A stretch of 64,000 bases of DNA from an uncultured Gaiellaceae bacterium (GTDB lineage: Bacteria; Actinomycetota; Thermoleophilia; Gaiellales; Gaiellaceae): assembly GCA_963842285.1 (NCBI GenBank), contig CAWJFZ010000011.1:332120-396119 (forward strand). The letters run 5' to 3'. Position numbers and translations under genes: made by a program. The notes below the pieces were generated by a model that did not search any database, was not told where the DNA came from, and saw only the letters and a list, made by a program, of their open reading frames with translations. Positions within the stretch are counted from its first letter, which is position 1. Every line of letters begins with the position of its first letter. Below, piece by piece: positions 1-12,136 of the stretch.

Positions 1-71
1 TCGCCGAGATGCTCGACGAGCGTGGCTTCTTCGCCGTGGCGCAGTCGCCGCGGCAGGCGGTTCCAGATCAC
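1..71 (-). CDS. tatC: TatC N-terminus (partial, leaves window)
   Basis: Minus-strand GTG at 71 reads VIWNRLPRRLRHGEEATLVEHLGE and then leaves the window. This resembles the TatC N-terminal LxEHLxELR segment and lies 12 nt downstream of tatA. The fragment is short, so the call is tentative. Confidence 0.5.
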   Translation of the reverse strand, partial: MIWNRLPRRLRHGEEATLVEHLG

Positions 72-83
72 GGGATCCGGAGC

Positions 84-347
84 TTAGGAGACGGTGTCGC
101 GCTCGCGCGACTCGACGCGCTCGGGCACGTCGTCCCCCGCAGCGGGCGGGAGCTCCGTCGCCAGGGGCTTGTGCACCGTAGCGTCGTCGTCGTCGTCCTC
201 GAAATCCTTGCCGGAGATCGAGTCCTTGAACTCGCGCATCCCCTTGCCGAGCGAGCGGCCCATCTCGGGCAACCGCTTGGGCCCGAAGACGAGCAACACG
301 ACGAGCAGCAGGATGAGGATCTCCCAGATGCCGATTCCGAAGGGCAC
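84..347 (-). CDS. tatA: Twin-arginine translocase subunit TatA/E
   Basis: 87-aa ORF with a GTG start and GGAG upstream. MPFGIGIWEILILLLVVLLVFGPKRLPEMGRSLGKGMREFK gives one TM helix plus an amphipathic helix with the TatA FG..LP..G signature, followed by an acidic tail. Confidence 0.9.
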   Translation of the reverse strand: MPFGIGIWEILILLLVVLLVFGPKRLPEMGRSLGKGMREFKDSISGKDFEDDDDDATVHKPLATELPPAAGDDVPERVESRERDTVS

Positions 348-401
348 GGCTCCAGCCTACCACCAGTTTGTCCGGGCCGACCGGCGGGCACGGAGCGACC
401 C

Positions 402-1416
402 GTGAAGAAACCGCTCGAGCAGCAGGTCCTCGTGGTCGCGGGCGCCTCGAGCGGGATCGGACGCGCGACGGCGCGGGCCGCAGGAGCCCGCGGCGCGAAG
501 GTGGTCGTGTCGGCCCGCAACGTCGAGGCGCTCGATGCCGCCGCCGCCGAGGTCGAGTCCGCCGGCGGCGAAGCGCTCGCGGTCGCCGCCGATGCGACGA
601 GCGCCGACGACAACGAGCGACTGTGCGCGCGGGCCGTCGAGCGCTTCGGCCGGATCGACTCGTTCGTCTGCTCGATCATGGTCACGGTCTACGCCGAGAT
701 CACCGAGCTCGACGCCGACGAGCTCCGCCGCGTGATGGAGGTCAACTTCCTCGGGCGCTACCACGCCTACCGGGCCGCGCTCCCGCACCTGCAGGCGAGC
801 CGGGGCACCTTCGTGGACCTGAGCTCCGGGCTCGCCTACCGGGGCATCCCACTCCAGGCCGCCTATTGCGCCTCCAAGGCGGCCGGGCGCGTCTTCTTCG
901 AGTCCGCGCGCGTCGAGCAGGAGAAGCACGGGACGGGCGTCGACATCAGCCTCGTCCTGCCCGGCGGCGATCAACACGCCTCAGTTCGACCGCGCACGGC
1001 AGAAGCTGGGGCTGCAGCCGCAGCCGGTGCCCCCGATCTACCGGCCCGAGCTCGTCGCCGCCGCCGTGCTCCACTGCTGCGAGCGGCCGCAGCGGGAGCT
1101 GCCCGTCACCTGGGCCAGCCAGAAGCTGCTCTGGGGGCAGAAGCTCTCGCCGCGCGCCGGCGATCTCGTGCTGCTCCGGAACGGCTGGGAGGGGCAGACG
1201 ACCGGCGAGCCGAAGCCGGTGGGCTCGCCCGACAACCTGTTCGAGACGATCCCCGGCGACCCGGGCGCGCACGGCCGGTTCGACGCGCAGGCAAAGGCCT
1301 CGAGCAGGTGGACGGAAGCACGGATCCGACTCGGGAAGGCGGGCTCCGTCGCTGCGCTGGCAGCCCCCGTCCTGGCGGGCCTGATCGGCTACCATGGGCT
1401 CACGAAGCGGCGCTGA
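402..1416 (+). CDS. Short-chain dehydrogenase/reductase (SDR) with C-terminal extension
   Basis: GTG 402. Rossmann motif VVAGASSGIGRA, NFLG, and catalytic YxxxK (YCASKAA). The frame changes near 965 (LPG|INTPQFD) and the rest continues in ORF 1027..1416. Confidence 0.85.
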
Positions 1417-1452
1417 TTTCGGCTTGCCGCCTGGAAAAGAGGGATCACAATC

Positions 1453-2226
1453 TTGGCGTATCTGGAACTGAAGAATCTGCACGTCTCGCTCGAGGACGGC
1501 ACCGAGATCGTGAAGGGCGTCGACCTCCAGGTCGAGCTCGGCGAGAAGCACGCGATCATGGGCCCGAACGGCTCGGGGAAGTCGACGCTCGCCTACGCGC
1601 TGATGGGCCACCCGGCCTACGAGATCACCGAGGGCGAGATCCTCCTGAACGGCGAGAACGTCGTCGAGCTCGCAGCCGACGAGCGCGCGCAGAAGGGCCT
1701 CTTCCTCGCCTTCCAGTACCCGCACGCGATTCCGGGCGTCACCGTCACGAGCTTCCTGCGCAGCGCGATCAACGCGATCCGGAAGGCCCGCAACGGCGGG
1801 AAGGACGACCCGATCCCGGTGAAGGAGTTCCGCACGGAGATCCTCGCCGCCATGGAGCGCCTGAAGGTGCCGCGCGAGCTGGCGCAGCGCTACCTGAACG
1901 ACGGCTTCTCGGGCGGCGAGAAGAAGCGGGTCGAGATCCTGCAGATGGCGCTGCTTGAAGCCGCGCATCGCGGTGCTCGACGAGACCGACTCCGGGCTCG
2001 ACATCGACGCGCTGCGGATCGTCGCGGGCGGCGTCAACGAGCTCGTCGGGCCAGACATGGGCGCGCTCATCATCACCCACTACCAGCGCATCCTCAACTA
2101 CGTCACACCCGACCGCGTGCACGTCTTCGTCGGCGGGCGGATCGTGGAGAGCGGCGGCAAGGAGCTCGCGCACCGCCTCGAGGCCGAGGGCTACGATGCC
2201 TTCATGCCCAAGGAAGAGGTGGTTGC

Positions 2227-2230
<4 letters not shown>
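1453..2230 (+). CDS. sufC: Fe-S cluster assembly ATPase SufC
   Basis: TTG 1453 with AGAGGGA upstream. Walker [13 protein letters not shown] signature FSGGEKKR, Walker [11 protein letters not shown]-loop ITHY. The frame changes near 1957, joining ORF 1453.. to ORF 1955..2230. Confidence 0.93.
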
Positions 2231-3649
<1,419 letters not shown>

Positions 3650-3657
<8 letters not shown>

Positions 3658-4036
3658 CCCGGTGACGGGCGTCGACTTCGTCGCAATCCCGTCCACCGAC
3701 TGGAAGCGATCGCGGGCCTTCTACGTCGACACGCTGGGGCTCCGCCCCGACGACACCGGCGACAGCGAGTTCTGGGTCGGCGAGACGTGCTTCGGGATCT
3801 ACGAGCCGACCACGTTCGGGCTGGAGTTCGCGCCGCAGAAGACCGCCCACCTCGCGCTGCACGTCGAGGACATGGCCGCGGCGCGCGCGGAGCTCGAGGC
3901 GAAGGGCATCGAGTTCGCCGGCGAGACCTTCGACACGGGCGTCTGCCACATGGCGTTCTTCGAGGATCCCGACGGCAACGCCCTGATGCTCCATCACCGT
4001 CATACGCCGCGCGAGCCGAGGCACAGCGACTCGTGA
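3650..4036 (+). CDS. VOC (glyoxalase/bleomycin-resistance/dioxygenase) family protein 1
   Basis: 128-aa ORF overlapping the sufB stop. [19 protein letters not shown] and [20 protein letters not shown] are VOC-fold motifs. The start may be TTG 3650 or GTG 3662. Confidence 0.8.
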
Positions 4037-4402
4037 TCACCGTCGAGCGGACGGACTTCGTGTCCGTGCCGGTCGCGGACATGGCGCGGGCCCGGCAGTT
4101 CTACGGCGAGACGCTCGGCCTGCCGCTTGTGAGCGGTGAGGATGGCTGGCCCGAGTACCAGCTCGGCGAGAACGTCAGCCTCTACCTGATCGACCCGACG
4201 AACGTCGGCCAGGCCTTCACGGCGCCGCACTCCTCGGCGATCGCGCTCCGCGTCCCCGACGTCGCGGCGACGCGCGCTGGAGCTCGAGCGGGCCGGCGTC
4301 GAGTTCGGCGGTGAGACGCTCGACACGGGCGTCTGCCACATGGCGTTCTTCTCCGACCCCGACGGCAACGCCCTGATGCTCCACCGCCGCTATGCGCCCT
4401 GA
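4033..4402 (+). CDS. VOC family protein 2 (tandem paralogue)
   Basis: GTG 4033 overlaps the stop of VOC 1 (GTGA). It ends [24 protein letters not shown]. The frame changes near 4277 and the stop is at 4400-4402. Confidence 0.75.
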
Positions 4403-5557
4403 GCTCCTGGAGCGCTACAACGCACTCCCGCTGCCGACGACGAAGGACGAGGCGTGGCGCTTCACCGACCTGAAGGGCTTCGACCCCGACTCGTTCTCCG
4501 CCGACGGCGCCACCGAGATCGCCGACCGCGCCGGGGCTGCTCGAGCTGGAGGCGGCCGGGGTCGTGCACGTCTCGGAGGGCGGGCTGGAGATCGAGCGCG
4601 CGCCGGAGGGGATCCGCTTCGAGCGGCTCGGCGACCACCCGCGGCTCGGCGAGCTCGTCGGCGCCGACGAGAAGTTCGCTGCCCACAACGCGGCGATGTG
4701 GGAGCACGGCCTGCTCGTCCACGTCCCGCAGGGCTTCGTGCTCGAGCAGCCGCTGTACATCCGGATCGTGAACGACCTCGACGGCGGCTCGCTCTTCTGG
4801 CGGCTTCTGATCGTGGCCGAGCCGGAGAGCCGCTTCACCGTGATCGAGGAGTACGCGTCGACCTCGCCCGAGGTCGCCGGCTACGTGAACGCCGCGGTCG
4901 AGATCTTCGTCGACCAGGCGGCCAAGGTCGAGTACGTGTCCGTCCAGAACGTCTCCCGCGAGACCTGGCACTTCGGGACGCACCACGCACGGGTCGAGCG
5001 GGACGCCGAGCTCGACTGGGTCGCCGGCGGCTTCGGCTCCAAGAAGGGCAAGGTCCGGATCCAGAACGACCTCGCCGGGCCGCGGCGCCACCTCGCGCGT
5101 GACCGGCGCGTACTTCACCGACGGGACGCAGCACCTGGACTACGACACGTTCCAGGAGCACATCGCCCCCGACACGACCTCGGACTTCGCCTTCAAGGGC
5201 GCGCTGCGCGACGACTCGCGCGCGGTCTGGCGCGGGATGATCCGCGTCGAGGAGGACGCGCAGAAGACCAACGCGTACCAGGAGAACCGCAACCTCCTGC
5301 TCTCGAAGACCGCGCATGCCGACTCGATCCCCGGCCTCGAGATCCTCGCGAACGACGTGCGCTGCACCCACGGAGCCACGCTCGGCCAGGTCGACCGCGA
5401 GCAGCTCTTCTACCTGATGGCCCGCGGCCTCACCCGCCAGGAAGCAGAGCGGATGATCGTGCGCGGGTTCTTCCAGGACGTGCTCGACCGGATCGAGCTC
5501 GAGCCCGTGCGCGAGGCGCTCGGGGCCGCGCTCGAAGCCCGCATCCCGCAGGCCTAG
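4392..5557 (+). CDS. sufD: Fe-S cluster assembly protein SufD
   Basis: ATG 4392 overlaps the end of VOC 2. Fragments in three frames (4392.., 4564.., 5099..5557) join into a SufD: LPLPTTKDEAWRFTDL, FWRLLIVAEPES, ADSIPGLEILANDVRCTHGATLGQVDREQLFYLMARGL. The frame changes near 4530 and 5090. Confidence 0.9.
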
Positions 5558-5612
5558 CCCGCCTCACCATCTCCGCCTAGTCAGCCGAGCCCCGACAGGC
5601 AATGATGGGGCG

Positions 5613-8600
5613 GTGCCGTCGGGGAAGTATCGGCGACGTCTCGCTGAGACGTCGTTCGTCGTTCTGGTCGCGATCGCCGCGCTCGCGGGGGTCACGCGAT
5701 GCGCGTGCCGCCGCCGCGCCCGACCCGTGCCCCGATCCGCGCGCGAGTGCGAGCCACGCGATGCGCGTCGAGGCGGCGCTCCGCGCCGGGCGAGACGTGT
5801 GGGGCAACGCGCTCCTCGCCGCGCCGGACGGGCCGACGTACGCCGGCGCCCGCCGTTACCTGCCGCCGCTCCTCTACGCCCGCGCCCCGGGCAAGCGGGC
5901 CCTGACCGACTCGGGCGTCTACTACCTCCCGTTCTCGCAGCCGCTGGGCGTCCGGGGCGCCGGGGCGGTCGGGCTGCACGTCGCCGACGGGAGCCAGGTG
6001 ATCTCGAACCGCGTCGGCGCGCGGAGTCTCACCGTCTTCGTCGGGCCGGACGGCCGCGAGCGGTACGGCTCCTGCCTCCGACGGCTCCAACCGGCCCATC
6101 TCGCCGGCGGCTACCTGCCGATCCTCGAGACGGAGTACGTCGACGCGGCCGGCGCCCGCTACCGGCAGGAGTCGTTCGCGGCGCGGGCGGCGGGCGGGCT
6201 CGCGAGCTTCGTGCGGCTCGAGGTCGACGCGCGGCAGGCTGCAGCCAGGGTGCGCCTGCAGCCGACGGCCGGACGGGTGCTCTCCTACCGCATCCCACGC
6301 GGAGCCACGCGCACGCTCTACGTCGGCTGGCTGAACGACCCGAGGCGGGCGCGCACCTTCCGGGTCGACGAGGAGCGCTACGAGGGGGCCCGCGACTCGG
6401 TCGCCGCCTACTGGAACCTGCGACTCGCGGCCGGGACCCAGATCGTCGTGCCGGAGCGGCGGGTCAACGACGCGGTCCGCAACCTGCTGATCCAGAACCT
6501 GACGCTGACCTGGCGCTACTCGATCGGCAACCCGTACGAGCAGTTCTCGTTCCCCGAGGGCTCCGACGTCGCGCAGGTGCTGGCCGAGTTCGGCCACGCC
6601 GGCGTCTCCCGGTCGATCCTGCGCACGTCGCTGACGCGGAAGCCGACGCCGTATCCGAACTGGAAGCGCGGCGAGAAGCTCGTCGGCTCGGCCGCGCACT
6701 ACCGCCTCTCGGGCGACCGCACGTACATCAGGCAGGCGACGCCGGCCCTGCGCAGCTACGTGAACGCGCTCGGCCGCCAGATCGAGCGCAACCGCTCCGG
6801 CCTGCTCGACCCCGAGCGGTACTCGTCCGACATCCCGGACTCGGTGCTCGGGCTCCACTCGCAGGCCGTCGTCTGGCAGGGCCTGCGGGAGATGGGGCTC
6901 GTGTGGGCGGAGACCGGGAACACGGCGCTCGCGGCCCGCTGCCGCGCACTGGCCGCACGTCTGGAGCGAGGGCTTCGCCGAGCCGTCCGCGCGTCACAGC
7001 GCCGGCTCGCCGACGGGTCGCTCTTCCTCCCGGCGCGACTGCTCGCGGGCGAGCGACCGTACGGCTCGCTGACGGAGGCGCGGCTGGGCAGCTACTGGAA
7101 CCTCGTCATGCCCTACGCGTTCGCCTCCGGGCTCTTCGAGCCCGGCAGCGCCGAGGCCCGCGGCACGCTCCGGTACCTGCTCGGCCACGGCTCGCGGCTG
7201 CTGGGGGTCGTCCGCGCGGGCGCCTATGCCCTCTACCCGAGCCCCACGTTCCCGACCGGCGGCACCGACGCGGTCTACGGGATCAACGTCGCCCGCTTCC
7301 TCGCCGACGCCGATCAGACCGAGCAGCTGGTCCTGAGCCTCTACGGGCTGCTGGCGACGGCGATGACGCCGAGGACGTACATCTCTGGCGAGGCCGCGAG
7401 CGTGGCCCCGCTCGACGGCCGGCACTACCGCTCGATGTACCTGCCGCCGAACGGGGCGAGCAACGCCGCCTTCCTGGAAACCGTCCGCGCGCTGCTCGTG
7501 CACGAGACGCGCACCAGCCGCGGCGCGCCACGCGGGCTCCAGCTCGCGTTCGCCACGCCGCGCCCGTGGCTCCGGCCCGGCGCCCGCATCGCCGTCACCC
7601 GGGCCGCGACGAGCTTCGGGCCGCTCACGTACTCGCTCGAGCGGCGCACCGACGCGATCCACGCCTCCGTCGAGGTACCCGAGCGGCGGCCGGGGACGCT
7701 GGAGCTGCGGCTGCGGCTGCCGCGAGGCACCTCGATCGCAGGCGTCACGGTCGGCGGGCGCCCGTTCGCCCGAGTGCGCGGCGAGGTGATCGACCTCTCG
7801 GGCCTGCGCGGCAAGCTCGAGCTCGTCGTGCGCACCCGCCGCGGCCCGATCCGGCGCACGTCGGGCACGAGGACGACACTGGCCGCGACGAAGCGCGTGG
7901 CGATCAGCTACCGCGCTCACGACGGCCGCAGGAACCGTGCGGTCGTGCTGCTGCCGTCGTGGTACGGGCCGGGCAACAACCCGCCCATCCCGCTGATCAT
8001 CTCGCCGCACGGACGCGGGCTGAGCGGCCGCATCAACGCGTCGAACTGGGGCAACCTGCCGGCGCGCGGTGGCTTCGCGGTCGTCAACCCGGATGCGCGC
8101 GGCCGGCGCCTGTCCGCGCACTCCTGGGGCTTTCCGAGGCACGTCGACGACCTGGCGCGGATGCCGCAGATCCTGCGCCGGACGCTTCCCTGGCTTCGAT
8201 TCGATCCGAAGCGGATCTACGCCTTCGGCGGGAGCATGGGCGGCCAGGAGACGCTGCTGCTCGTCGCACGGCACCCGAAGCTGCTCGCGGGCGCGGCCGC
8301 CTTCGACGCCGTCGCCGACTTCGCGCTCCAGTACCGGAACTTCCGCCGCCTCGCGTGCGGCAAGGCCTGCCTGCGCGCGTGGGGGATGCCGATCGGCGAC
8401 GGCCTGCGCAAGCTCGCCCGGAAGGAGATCGGCGGGACGCCGAAGACGGCGCCGCGCGCGTTCGCACGGCGCAGCCCGCTGGCCTACGCGCCGGCGATTG
8501 CCGCCTCCTGCGTCCCGCTCCAGCTCTGGTGGAGCGTCTCGGACCGCGTCGTCGTGGATCAGGCACGGCAGTCGGCCCGGCTCTTCTGGGAGCTCCGGCG

Positions 8601-8784
8601 GCTGAACCGCGGCGCGCCGGTGGAGGCCTTCGTCGGCTTCTGGATTCACTCGACCGAGATGCAGGCCCGGACACGGCTGCCCCTCGCGCTGGCGACGTTC
8701 GGCCTCCTGCCGGAGATCGTCTCGCTCGACGGTCTGCGCTGGGTTCCGCAGGCGTCCAGCGCGTCGTGCAGCGGCACGGACTAG
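5613..8784 (+). CDS. Large multidomain protein: unassigned ~700-aa N-terminal region fused to a C-terminal alpha/beta-hydrolase
   Basis: GTG 5613 gives a signal-anchor-like N-terminus (RRRLAETSFVVLVAIAALAG) that joins the 1060-aa ORF 5602..8784 after a frame change near 5695. The C-terminal ~300 aa carry the nucleophile elbow GGSMGG (about 8225-8245) in an alpha/beta-hydrolase context. I recognise no motif in the N-terminal region. Confidence 0.7.
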
Positions 8785-8787
8785 TCC

Positions 8788-8819
8788 GGCTCCCGCGCAC
8801 GCAGCCGTGCGCGGGAGCC
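8788..8819. terminator. GC-rich hairpin between convergent genes
   Basis: GGCTCCCGCGCAC-GCAGCC-GTGCGCGGGAGCC forms a 13-bp perfect stem. It lies between the stop of the 1060-aa gene (8784) and the stop of the FAD oxidase gene (8827). Confidence 0.6.
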
Positions 8820-8826
8820 GTGACCT

Positions 8827-10236
8827 CTAGCCGTCGCTCGAGAGCGGGTGGTTCGAGAGGAACGTGTCCGCGGGATCGACCTCCGCCTTGATCCGGCAGA
8901 GCCGGTCGTAGGCCCCCACGTCGAACAGGCTCCGCGGCCCGCGGCGGGTGTCGGCGAAGTTCATGTACGTGTGCTCCGCCTCCCACTCTGCAACCGCCCC
9001 ACGCATCACGGAGACCGCCTCCTCGACCGCCTCCGCCGCCTCGGGAGTCGGCGCGAAGCCGACCGAGTAGATGACGAACGGCGCCTCGAAGGCTGCGAGC
9101 GCGCCATGTCCGGCCTGCGTGCGCGCAACCGCGCCGCCGAGGTGGCGGATCTCGACGCTGAGCAGCGGCGAGCCGACGGTGGCGTCGACGATCGCGTCGA
9201 CGAGCTCCGCGTCGACGTCCGTGAGCATGCCGCCGTCGCCGACCGCCGGCACGGGCTCCTCGGGGTCCATGTGCAGCTGGGCGAGCGCCGTCACCGGGAT
9301 GGTGGCGACCGTGTCCATCACGGGCCCGAGCGCCCGCAACGGAGCGAGCAGCTCTGCACCCTCGGCCTCGTCGCCGAGATAGATCGCCTCGACGACGACG
9401 AACGACTGACCGCGGACCGGCTCCGGGATCTCCGGGATGGGCGGGAACTGGAGGATGCGGCCGACCGAGGTCATCTCCTCGGGCTGGCCGTCCGTCCACG
9501 CACGCCACTCGTTCAGCACCTCGGCGGCTCGGTCGACCGGATACCAGAGGACGCCGGCGTAGACCTCCGTGATCGGGAACAGGTTGAACTCGATCGCGGT
9601 GACGACGCCGAAGGCGCCGCCGCCGCCCCGCAGGGCCCAGAACAGATCGGGCTCGTGCTCCGCGTCCGCACGCACGAGGCGCCCGTCGGCGGTGACGAGC
9701 TCGATCGCCGTGACCTGGTTCGCCCCGATGCCGTGCTTGCGCGCGAGCCACGAGAGCCCGCCGCCGAGTGTGTAGCCGACGACGCCGACATCGGGCGACG
9801 AGCCGGCGAGCGCGGCGAGACCGTGCTCGGCCGCAGCCTCCACGACCTCGATCCACAGGACACCGGCCTCCGCGCGCGCGGTACGGGCCTCCGCGTCGAT
9901 TCTGACGCCACGCATGCGCACCGTCTTCAGGAGGATCGCGTCCTCGAGCGAGCCGGCGGCGGCCGCCAGCGCAGCCGCGTTGTGGCCCGTTCCCTGCGGC
10001 GCGACCCGCAGGCCGTTCTCGCCCGCGAAGCGCACGACGGCGGCAACGTCGGCCGCGGACTCCGTCAGCGCCACCGCTGCGGGCCGCTGGTCGATTGCGA
10101 GGTTCCAGGCGAGGCGAGCCTCGTCCCAGCCTTCGTCCTCCGGCGTCACGATGTCGCCTTCGAGCTGCGCGCGCAGCGGGCGGACATCGACGAGCGTCGG
10201 TGTCGTTTGCACTTCGGTCACCTCCATAGTTGTCAT
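8827..10236 (-). CDS. FAD-linked oxidase (FAD_binding_4 / BBE-like)
   Basis: Uninterrupted 469-aa ORF with an ATG start. Motifs PQGTGHN, GVVGYTLGGGLSW and RGGGGAFGVVT, plus a BBE-like C-terminus (DPADTFLSNHPL). Confidence 0.88.
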   Translation of the reverse strand: MTTMEVTEVQTTPTLVDVRPLRAQLEGDIVTPEDEGWDEARLAWNLAIDQRPAAVALTESAADVAAVVRFAGENGLRVAPQGTGHNAAALAAAAGSLEDAILLKTVRMRGVRIDAEARTARAEAGVLWIEVVEAAAEHGLAALAGSSPDVGVVGYTLGGGLSWLARKHGIGANQVTAIELVTADGRLVRADAEHEPDLFWALRGGGGAFGVVTAIEFNLFPITEVYAGVLWYPVDRAAEVLNEWRAWTDGQPEEMTSVGRILQFPPIPEIPEPVRGQSFVVVEAIYLGDEAEGAELLAPLRALGPVMDTVATIPVTALAQLHMDPEEPVPAVGDGGMLTDVDAELVDAIVDATVGSPLLSVEIRHLGGAVARTQAGHGALAAFEAPFVIYSVGFAPTPEAAEAVEEAVSVMRGAVAEWEAEHTYMNFADTRRGPRSLFDVGAYDRLCRIKAEVDPADTFLSNHPLSSDG

Positions 10237-10355
10237 GGAGCGATCCTGCGCCGCGCGCGGCGCCGATACATCGGCCGGGGGCAGGAACCGTGCCGTCGCC
10301 GCGGATGATCTTCAGGTCGGCCGCTGGGAGGACGCGCGGTCGTCAGTGCGGACGA

Positions 10356-10955
10356 CTAGGCGAGACGGTCGAGCAACTCGGCCATCTGCCGCTCGAGCGT
10401 GGCGACGCGTTCCTCGAGCCCGCCCGTCGGCGCAGCTTGCGAGGCAGGCTCGGCCTCCTCCTCGTCGTCGCCGCCGCCGCCGAGCAGCTGCTCGTACCGG
10501 TCCTGGCTCTGCCCGGGCCGGCGCGGGAGCCGCCGCACGAGCTCGTTCTCGGCCAGCGCGTCGAGCGCCTTCTGGACGTCGTCGAGGCTCCCGAACGGGT
10601 ACAGCCGCTCGACTCTCGTCTTCAGCTCGCCGGGTGTCTGCGGCCCGCGCAGCATCAACACGGCCAGGAGGGCGATCTGCGACGGGACGCGGCCGAGAGC
10701 GTCGTCCAGCAGGTGGCGGTACTTGGCCGCCCGGCTGCCCGGCCCGCTCGCGAGCCTCGTCCACCCGCGGCGCGAGAGCCGCTCGAGCGCGGCCCGGATC
10801 GTGGCCTCGTCGTAGTCGACCACCGGCTCGCGGTTCGTCGCCTGGTTGCATGCGAGCCGCAGCGCGTTCAGCGAGAGCGGGTAGACGTCCGGCGTCGTCC
10901 GCTGCTTCTCGATCAGGCAGCCGAGGACCCGGAGCTCGACGGGGTCAGCGTCCAT
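10356..10955 (-). CDS. DUF480 / YceH-family winged-helix protein
   Basis: 199 aa, uninterrupted. MDADPVELRVLGCLIEKQRTTPDVYPLSLNAL ... LMLRGPQTPGELKTR is the YceH-type tandem wHTH pattern. An acidic linker and a C-terminal coiled coil follow. Confidence 0.75.
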   Translation of the reverse strand: MDADPVELRVLGCLIEKQRTTPDVYPLSLNALRLACNQATNREPVVDYDEATIRAALERLSRRGWTRLASGPGSRAAKYRHLLDDALGRVPSQIALLAVLMLRGPQTPGELKTRVERLYPFGSLDDVQKALDALAENELVRRLPRRPGQSQDRYEQLLGGGGDDEEEAEPASQAAPTGGLEERVATLERQMAELLDRLA

Positions 10956-10990
10956 GCGCGAAGCCTACGACGCCGGGGCACCCTGGAAGG

Positions 10991-11485
10991 TCAGATCGTG
11001 ATCCAGGTCGTCTCGGCCGCCACGTCCGTCGGCTCGCGCCCGGTCACGCGCAGGCGCATGCGCCCCGCCGGCACACCCTCGGCGCGAAACCGGCCGTGCT
11101 CGTCGGCTTCGACCGTCGTACGACGCTCGGCCGTCTGGACCTCGATCGTGGCCGCGCGCGGGGGCACGAGCTGACCGACGAGCGTCCGCTCGGCACCGCT
11201 GCCGAGGATGTCCAGCTCGATCGTGAAGTCACCGGCCTCGAACGCGACCGCGCGGGCGCTGCCGGTCGACCGGACGAGCGCGAGCCGCTGGTCGTCGACG
11301 CTCGAGTCGGAGAGCAGCGCCGCGAGCTCGGCGTCGACGCGACGCCAGGTCAGGCTCTCGCGCCCCGCATGCACGAGCACGTCCGGCAACGGGTCGACCA
11401 CCGAGGCGATCCGCCGCAGGTTCGCCAGCAGGACCTCGTCCGGATCGGTCGGGCCGGGCACGTCGGGGTTACCCGAGTCGGTCAC
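10991..11485 (-). CDS. Soluble 164-aa protein, putative sigma-factor partner / anti-sigma
   Basis: GTG 11485 overlaps the sigma gene stop by 17 nt. There is no TM segment and no HxxxCxxC motif. The beta-rich C-terminus (VEADEHGRFRAEGVPAGRMRLRV) looks like a CarboxypepD_reg/Ig-like sandwich. The partner role is inferred from position only. Confidence 0.55.
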   Translation of the reverse strand: MTDSGNPDVPGPTDPDEVLLANLRRIASVVDPLPDVLVHAGRESLTWRRVDAELAALLSDSSVDDQRLALVRSTGSARAVAFEAGDFTIELDILGSGAERTLVGQLVPPRAATIEVQTAERRTTVEADEHGRFRAEGVPAGRMRLRVTGREPTDVAAETTWITI

Positions 11486-12038
11486 GTGTTCCTCCCACGT
11501 CGAAGGCTGCCAGCTGGGGGTCGCGCCGGAGACGCTCGAGGCAGCGCCTCCGCGTCGGGCCGATCGCCCCGATCGGCATGCCGAGCGCTGCCGAGACCTC
11601 CTGGTAGCTCGGTTCGGCGTCGGCCATCAGCACCCGGAGCAATGCCTGACACCGCTCGCCGAGGCCGGCAAACGCGCCCCAGAACGCCCGGTCCCGCTCG
11701 GTCGCCAGCAGCGCCTGGTCGAGAGCGACCCCGCCGTCGGCCTCGAAGGTCTCCATGTCGCTCGTCGCCACCTCTCTCGCGCCGTGCCGGATCAGGGCCA
11801 GGCACTCGTTGCGGGCCGTCGTCGCGAGCCAACCGCCGAGCCGCTCGGGCTCACGGATCCGGTCGAGGTGCTCGACGAGACGCAGCCAGGTCGTCTGCAC
11901 GACCTCGGCGCTGTCCGCGGCGCTCAACCGGTGCGCGCGGACGGTCGCCCAGATCAGGCCGCCGAACCGCTCGACGATCGCGTTCCAGGCCGTTTGCTCG
12001 CCCTCTGCGGCGGCGTGAACGAGGTCTGCGAGATCCAC
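11469..12038 (-). CDS. ECF-type sigma-70 family RNA polymerase sigma factor
   Basis: This is the tail of ORF 11469..14840. Region 2 is FGGLIWATVRAHRLSAADSAEVVQTTWLRLVEHL and the region 4 HTH is PSYQEVSAALGMPIGAIGPTRRRCLERLR. GTG 12038 was chosen as the start, but upstream alternatives exist. Confidence 0.88.
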   Translation of the reverse strand: MDLADLVHAAAEGEQTAWNAIVERFGGLIWATVRAHRLSAADSAEVVQTTWLRLVEHLDRIREPERLGGWLATTARNECLALIRHGAREVATSDMETFEADGGVALDQALLATERDRAFWGAFAGLGERCQALLRVLMADAEPSYQEVSAALGMPIGAIGPTRRRCLERLRRDPQLAAFDVGGTRDRLG

Positions 12039-12136
12039 TGCGCCCGAATCCCCCCTGGGAACGTGTCGTCGGTTGTTGCCGAGGAGCACCCCGACACCGG
12101 TATCGAGCTGCTCGGGGCGGCACAGCGTGAACACGC

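Noticed and set aside
5602-5612. ATG at 5602 (the ORF-track start) as the start of the 1060-aa gene.
   Set aside because: That frame begins with an Arg/Ser-rich non-hydrophobic stretch. The GTG at 5613 in the neighbouring frame gives a convincing signal-anchor sequence and needs just one frame change, which is common in this contig. Both options remain unproven.
8084-9856. Very long ORFs antisense to, or out of frame with, recognised genes. Examples are 8084..9856(-), 2191..3696(-), 5692..6858(-), 6994..8649(-), 9914..12130(+), 13655..14965(+), 20317..22011(+), 45395..47884(+), 46980..49229(-), 56902..59121(-) and 62101..63102(-).
   Set aside because: Their translations are Arg/Pro/Gly/Ala-rich low-complexity strings with no motifs. 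Each overlaps a gene with clear family signatures on the other strand or in another frame. Stop-free alternative frames are expected at about 70% GC.
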